From positions 64,547-128,546 of the forward strand of contig CBDANQ010000057.1 in assembly GCA_965197725.1 (NCBI GenBank): a stretch of 64,000 nucleotides of DNA, written 5' to 3'. Positions within the stretch are counted from its first letter, which is position 1. Each line of letters starts with the position of its first letter. The position numbers and the translations under genes were made by a program. The notes beneath the pieces were generated by a model that saw nothing but the letters and a program-made list of their open reading frames with translations, ran no database searches and was not told where the DNA came from. Shown here one piece after another: positions 61,944-64,000 of the stretch. Source of the stretch: Longimicrobiales bacterium (GTDB taxonomy: Bacteria > Gemmatimonadota > Gemmatimonadetes > Longimicrobiales > Gaopeijiaceae).

Positions 61944-62148
61944 ATGTCTCGAAGAAAGCCTCTCACGGTCGCTTCTCGGGGTGTCACGCTCCGCGACTTC
62001 GCGATCTTCCCAGCTCAAGCTGCTGCTCGACGGCGCCATCGACTCCGCTGCGATCTGGTTGTCCGTCGGCGCGATCATCGTCGACTTCATCGCGGGGCGC
62101 GGGAGGCGTCCCCGGCTGTTCTGCTCGGTCGTGCGCATGAGCGAGTAG
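61944..62148 (+). pseudogene. Small hypothetical membrane protein, frameshifted near 62008 and probably truncated
   Basis: MSRRKPLTVASRGVTLRDFAIF continues as QLKLLLDG...RPRLFCSVVRMSE in another frame. Confidence 0.5.
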
Positions 62149-62184
62149 CGAGGGCCGAGCCTCGCGGTGACGCGGCTTCGGCCG

Positions 62185-62658
62185 CTAGCCGTCGTTGACC
62201 GTCAGCTTCTCCATCACGACGTCTTCGCGCGGCCGGTCGCCTGGGTTCGTGTCAACGACGCCGATCGCTTCCACGATGTCGAGTCCCGTCGTCACTCTTC
62301 CGAAGATCGCGTGCTTGCCATCCAACCAAGGGGTCGCGGCCAGAGTGATGAAGAACTGGGAGCCGCCGGTGTCGGGGCCAGAGTTCGCCATCGAGAAGAT
62401 TCCAGTGTGGGTGTGGGCGAGCCCCGGAGCGAACTCATCGGGAATATTGTAGCCCGGGCCACCGGTGCCGGTCCCCGTCGGGTCGCCGCCCTGGATCATG
62501 AATCCGCTGATCACGCGGTGGAAGATGATGCCGTCGTAGTAACCTTGTCGCGCGAGCTTGAGGAAGTTTCCGGCCGTCTTGGGCGCGACGTCCTCGAACA
62601 TCTCCGCTGTGAACGTTCCGTGGTTAGTCTCAAACGTGACCGTTGGGTTGGCCATCAT
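62185..62658 (-). CDS. Cyclophilin-type peptidyl-prolyl isomerase
   Basis: FHRVISGFMIQGGDP, SMANSGPDTGGSQFFIT, LDGKHAIFG. Confidence 0.95.
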   Translation of the reverse strand: MMANPTVTFETNHGTFTAEMFEDVAPKTAGNFLKLARQGYYDGIIFHRVISGFMIQGGDPTGTGTGGPGYNIPDEFAPGLAHTHTGIFSMANSGPDTGGSQFFITLAATPWLDGKHAIFGRVTTGLDIVEAIGVVDTNPGDRPREDVVMEKLTVNDG

Positions 62659-62745
62659 GTCTCCGGAGCGGGGGGCTGAGGCGCTACGCTAACCGTGGCG
62701 CCCCCGACCGGGAAGTCCCCGTTTGATCGCTCGAGGCGGCTTCGC

Positions 62746-62961
62746 TCACTGTGCCTGCTTCCTGTCGAGCACGTGGGTGCCGTGGCACGCGGAGCACACG
62801 ACGAGAACTCTGTCGCGCACATAGGACACGTCGTCCCGGGGGGGAACCGGCTGCAAGTCGAGCGCGATCCCACAACGGGGACAGGTCAACGCGTCGCCTT
62901 TCAGGAACGCGTGCTCGATCACGCTCTCATCAGCCGAAGTGTAGTGGCCCGACTCAACCAT
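62746..62961 (-). CDS. Small zinc-ribbon protein
   Basis: CPRC...CSAC motifs. Confidence 0.6.
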   Translation of the reverse strand: MVESGHYTSADESVIEHAFLKGDALTCPRCGIALDLQPVPPRDDVSYVRDRVLVVCSACHGTHVLDRKQAQ

Positions 62962-63142
62962 GGAGCGACTCAGCAGAGTTGTGATTCCGTGTGTCTTTCG
63001 GAGGATACTATATTACTTGGGTCTGGGTCTCTTCGTGAAGCTGAGCTACCGCTTCCGCATGTAGAGGAGCGTATAGCCCGCTCGTTTCGACGTGGATGCG
63101 GCGGTGCCCGAATGCCGACGAACTTCTGGGACGGGATACTAG

Positions 63143-63358
63143 GTGGGCAAGGACGCGATCGAAATCGAAGGAACCGTGAGTGAGGTCCTTCCGAACACGA
63201 CGTTCCGCGTAGAGCTGGAGAACGGACACGAGGTGCTCGCCTACCTCTCCGGGAAGATGCGTAAGAACTACATACGCGTGCTCGAGGGCGACCGCGTTAA
63301 GTGCGAGCTGTCGCCATACGACCTCAGCCGCGGCCGGGTCACATACCGATATAAGTAG
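63143..63358 (+). CDS. infA: Translation initiation factor IF-1
   Basis: IEIEGTV...[14 protein letters not shown]...[10 protein letters not shown]...SPYDLSRGR. Confidence 0.97.
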   Translation: MGKDAIEIEGTVSEVLPNTTFRVELENGHEVLAYLSGKMRKNYIRVLEGDRVKCELSPYDLSRGRVTYRYK

Positions 63359-63389
63359 CCACGGTGGTATCGGGTGAGTCGGCAGAGTC

Positions 63390-63868
63390 AGGTGAGGTTG
63401 TCCGCGTCGGCGCTGAGACACGTGATGAGGCCGTTCGCGTGCAGGAGCCCCGCTGCCAGTAGGATGTGGTCGTGGGTAAGAGACTCGATCTCCTGCGCGA
63501 CCTGACGTCCAGTCCGTCCGGCCCCGCAGATGATGACATGATCCTTCATCTTCGCGATTTCCTGCATGTTCCGACGCCTCTTGAGTGCGTCCTTCAGGTC
63601 GAGCTCGACGATGAACGACGTGATATTGGCGAACCAGAATCCTATCCACGAAATCCCCGCTCAACAACAGGAAGATCGTGAAGGTGCGCCCGGTTGGGGT
63701 GAGGTCGAAGACCTCCGAGTATCCCACGGCGGTCAAGGTGATGACCGTCATGTATAGCGCGTCCGAGAGCGGCTGCCCCTCGATCCAGACCTATCCCAGT
63801 GTTCCCAGTACGATGAGCAACACGAGAACCGCGAGCGTCCAAAGGAATCTGGGGAGAAACGCTGACAT
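63390..63868 (-). pseudogene. Potassium channel with RCK/TrkA-N domain, decayed
   Basis: ALYMTVITLTAVGY pore, HVIICGAGRTG; in-frame TAG near 63792, frameshift, RCK domain largely deleted. Confidence 0.8.
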
Positions 63869-64000
63869 CGTACCTGTGGGCGAGAATTGGCTGGGGCTCA
63901 GGGAGCCAAATCGGCGAATCGGAAGGGCGTGACCCGCCAGGAAGCTAGGAAACAAGCGGCCTTTGGGCCATTTTTTCCTTGACGCCTCCCCAGGTGTCGC

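Overview
GC-rich bacterial chromosome segment. Gene content and order resemble Gemmatimonadota/Acidobacteriota/Planctomycetota-type genomes (inference, no database search possible). Positions 1-6662 are a mobile-element scar. They hold the left end of an IS3, a 5'-truncated DUF2326 (ABC-three-component/Lamassu LmuB-like) ATPase, an IS110 remnant and a 3' half of tRNA-Ile(GAT) with arm-type repeats, a probable island att site. A truncated IS21 follows, with a tandem duplication of an istA fragment plus IS1182. The remainder is mostly core or lineage-typical: an ECF sigma/ZAS anti-sigma pair, a GyrA/ParC-family gene lacking the GyrA-box, queE, queG, thrA-asd, apt, ettA, a cyclophilin and infA. 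It also has two Feo systems with different operators (DtxR/MntR palindrome versus a Fur-like box), a kinase-M23-aminotransferase fusion and an ABAB cluster of pilin/pseudopilin-like genes. A 15-kb, 8-gene MoxR-vWA-DUF58-DUF4159-TPR/gluzincin operon is preceded by an ECF-type promoter and is the best candidate for an uncharacterised system. Several genes carry homopolymer frameshifts, probably long-read errors. Others show real decay (internal deletions, a nonsense codon). All product calls are from motif recognition by eye.
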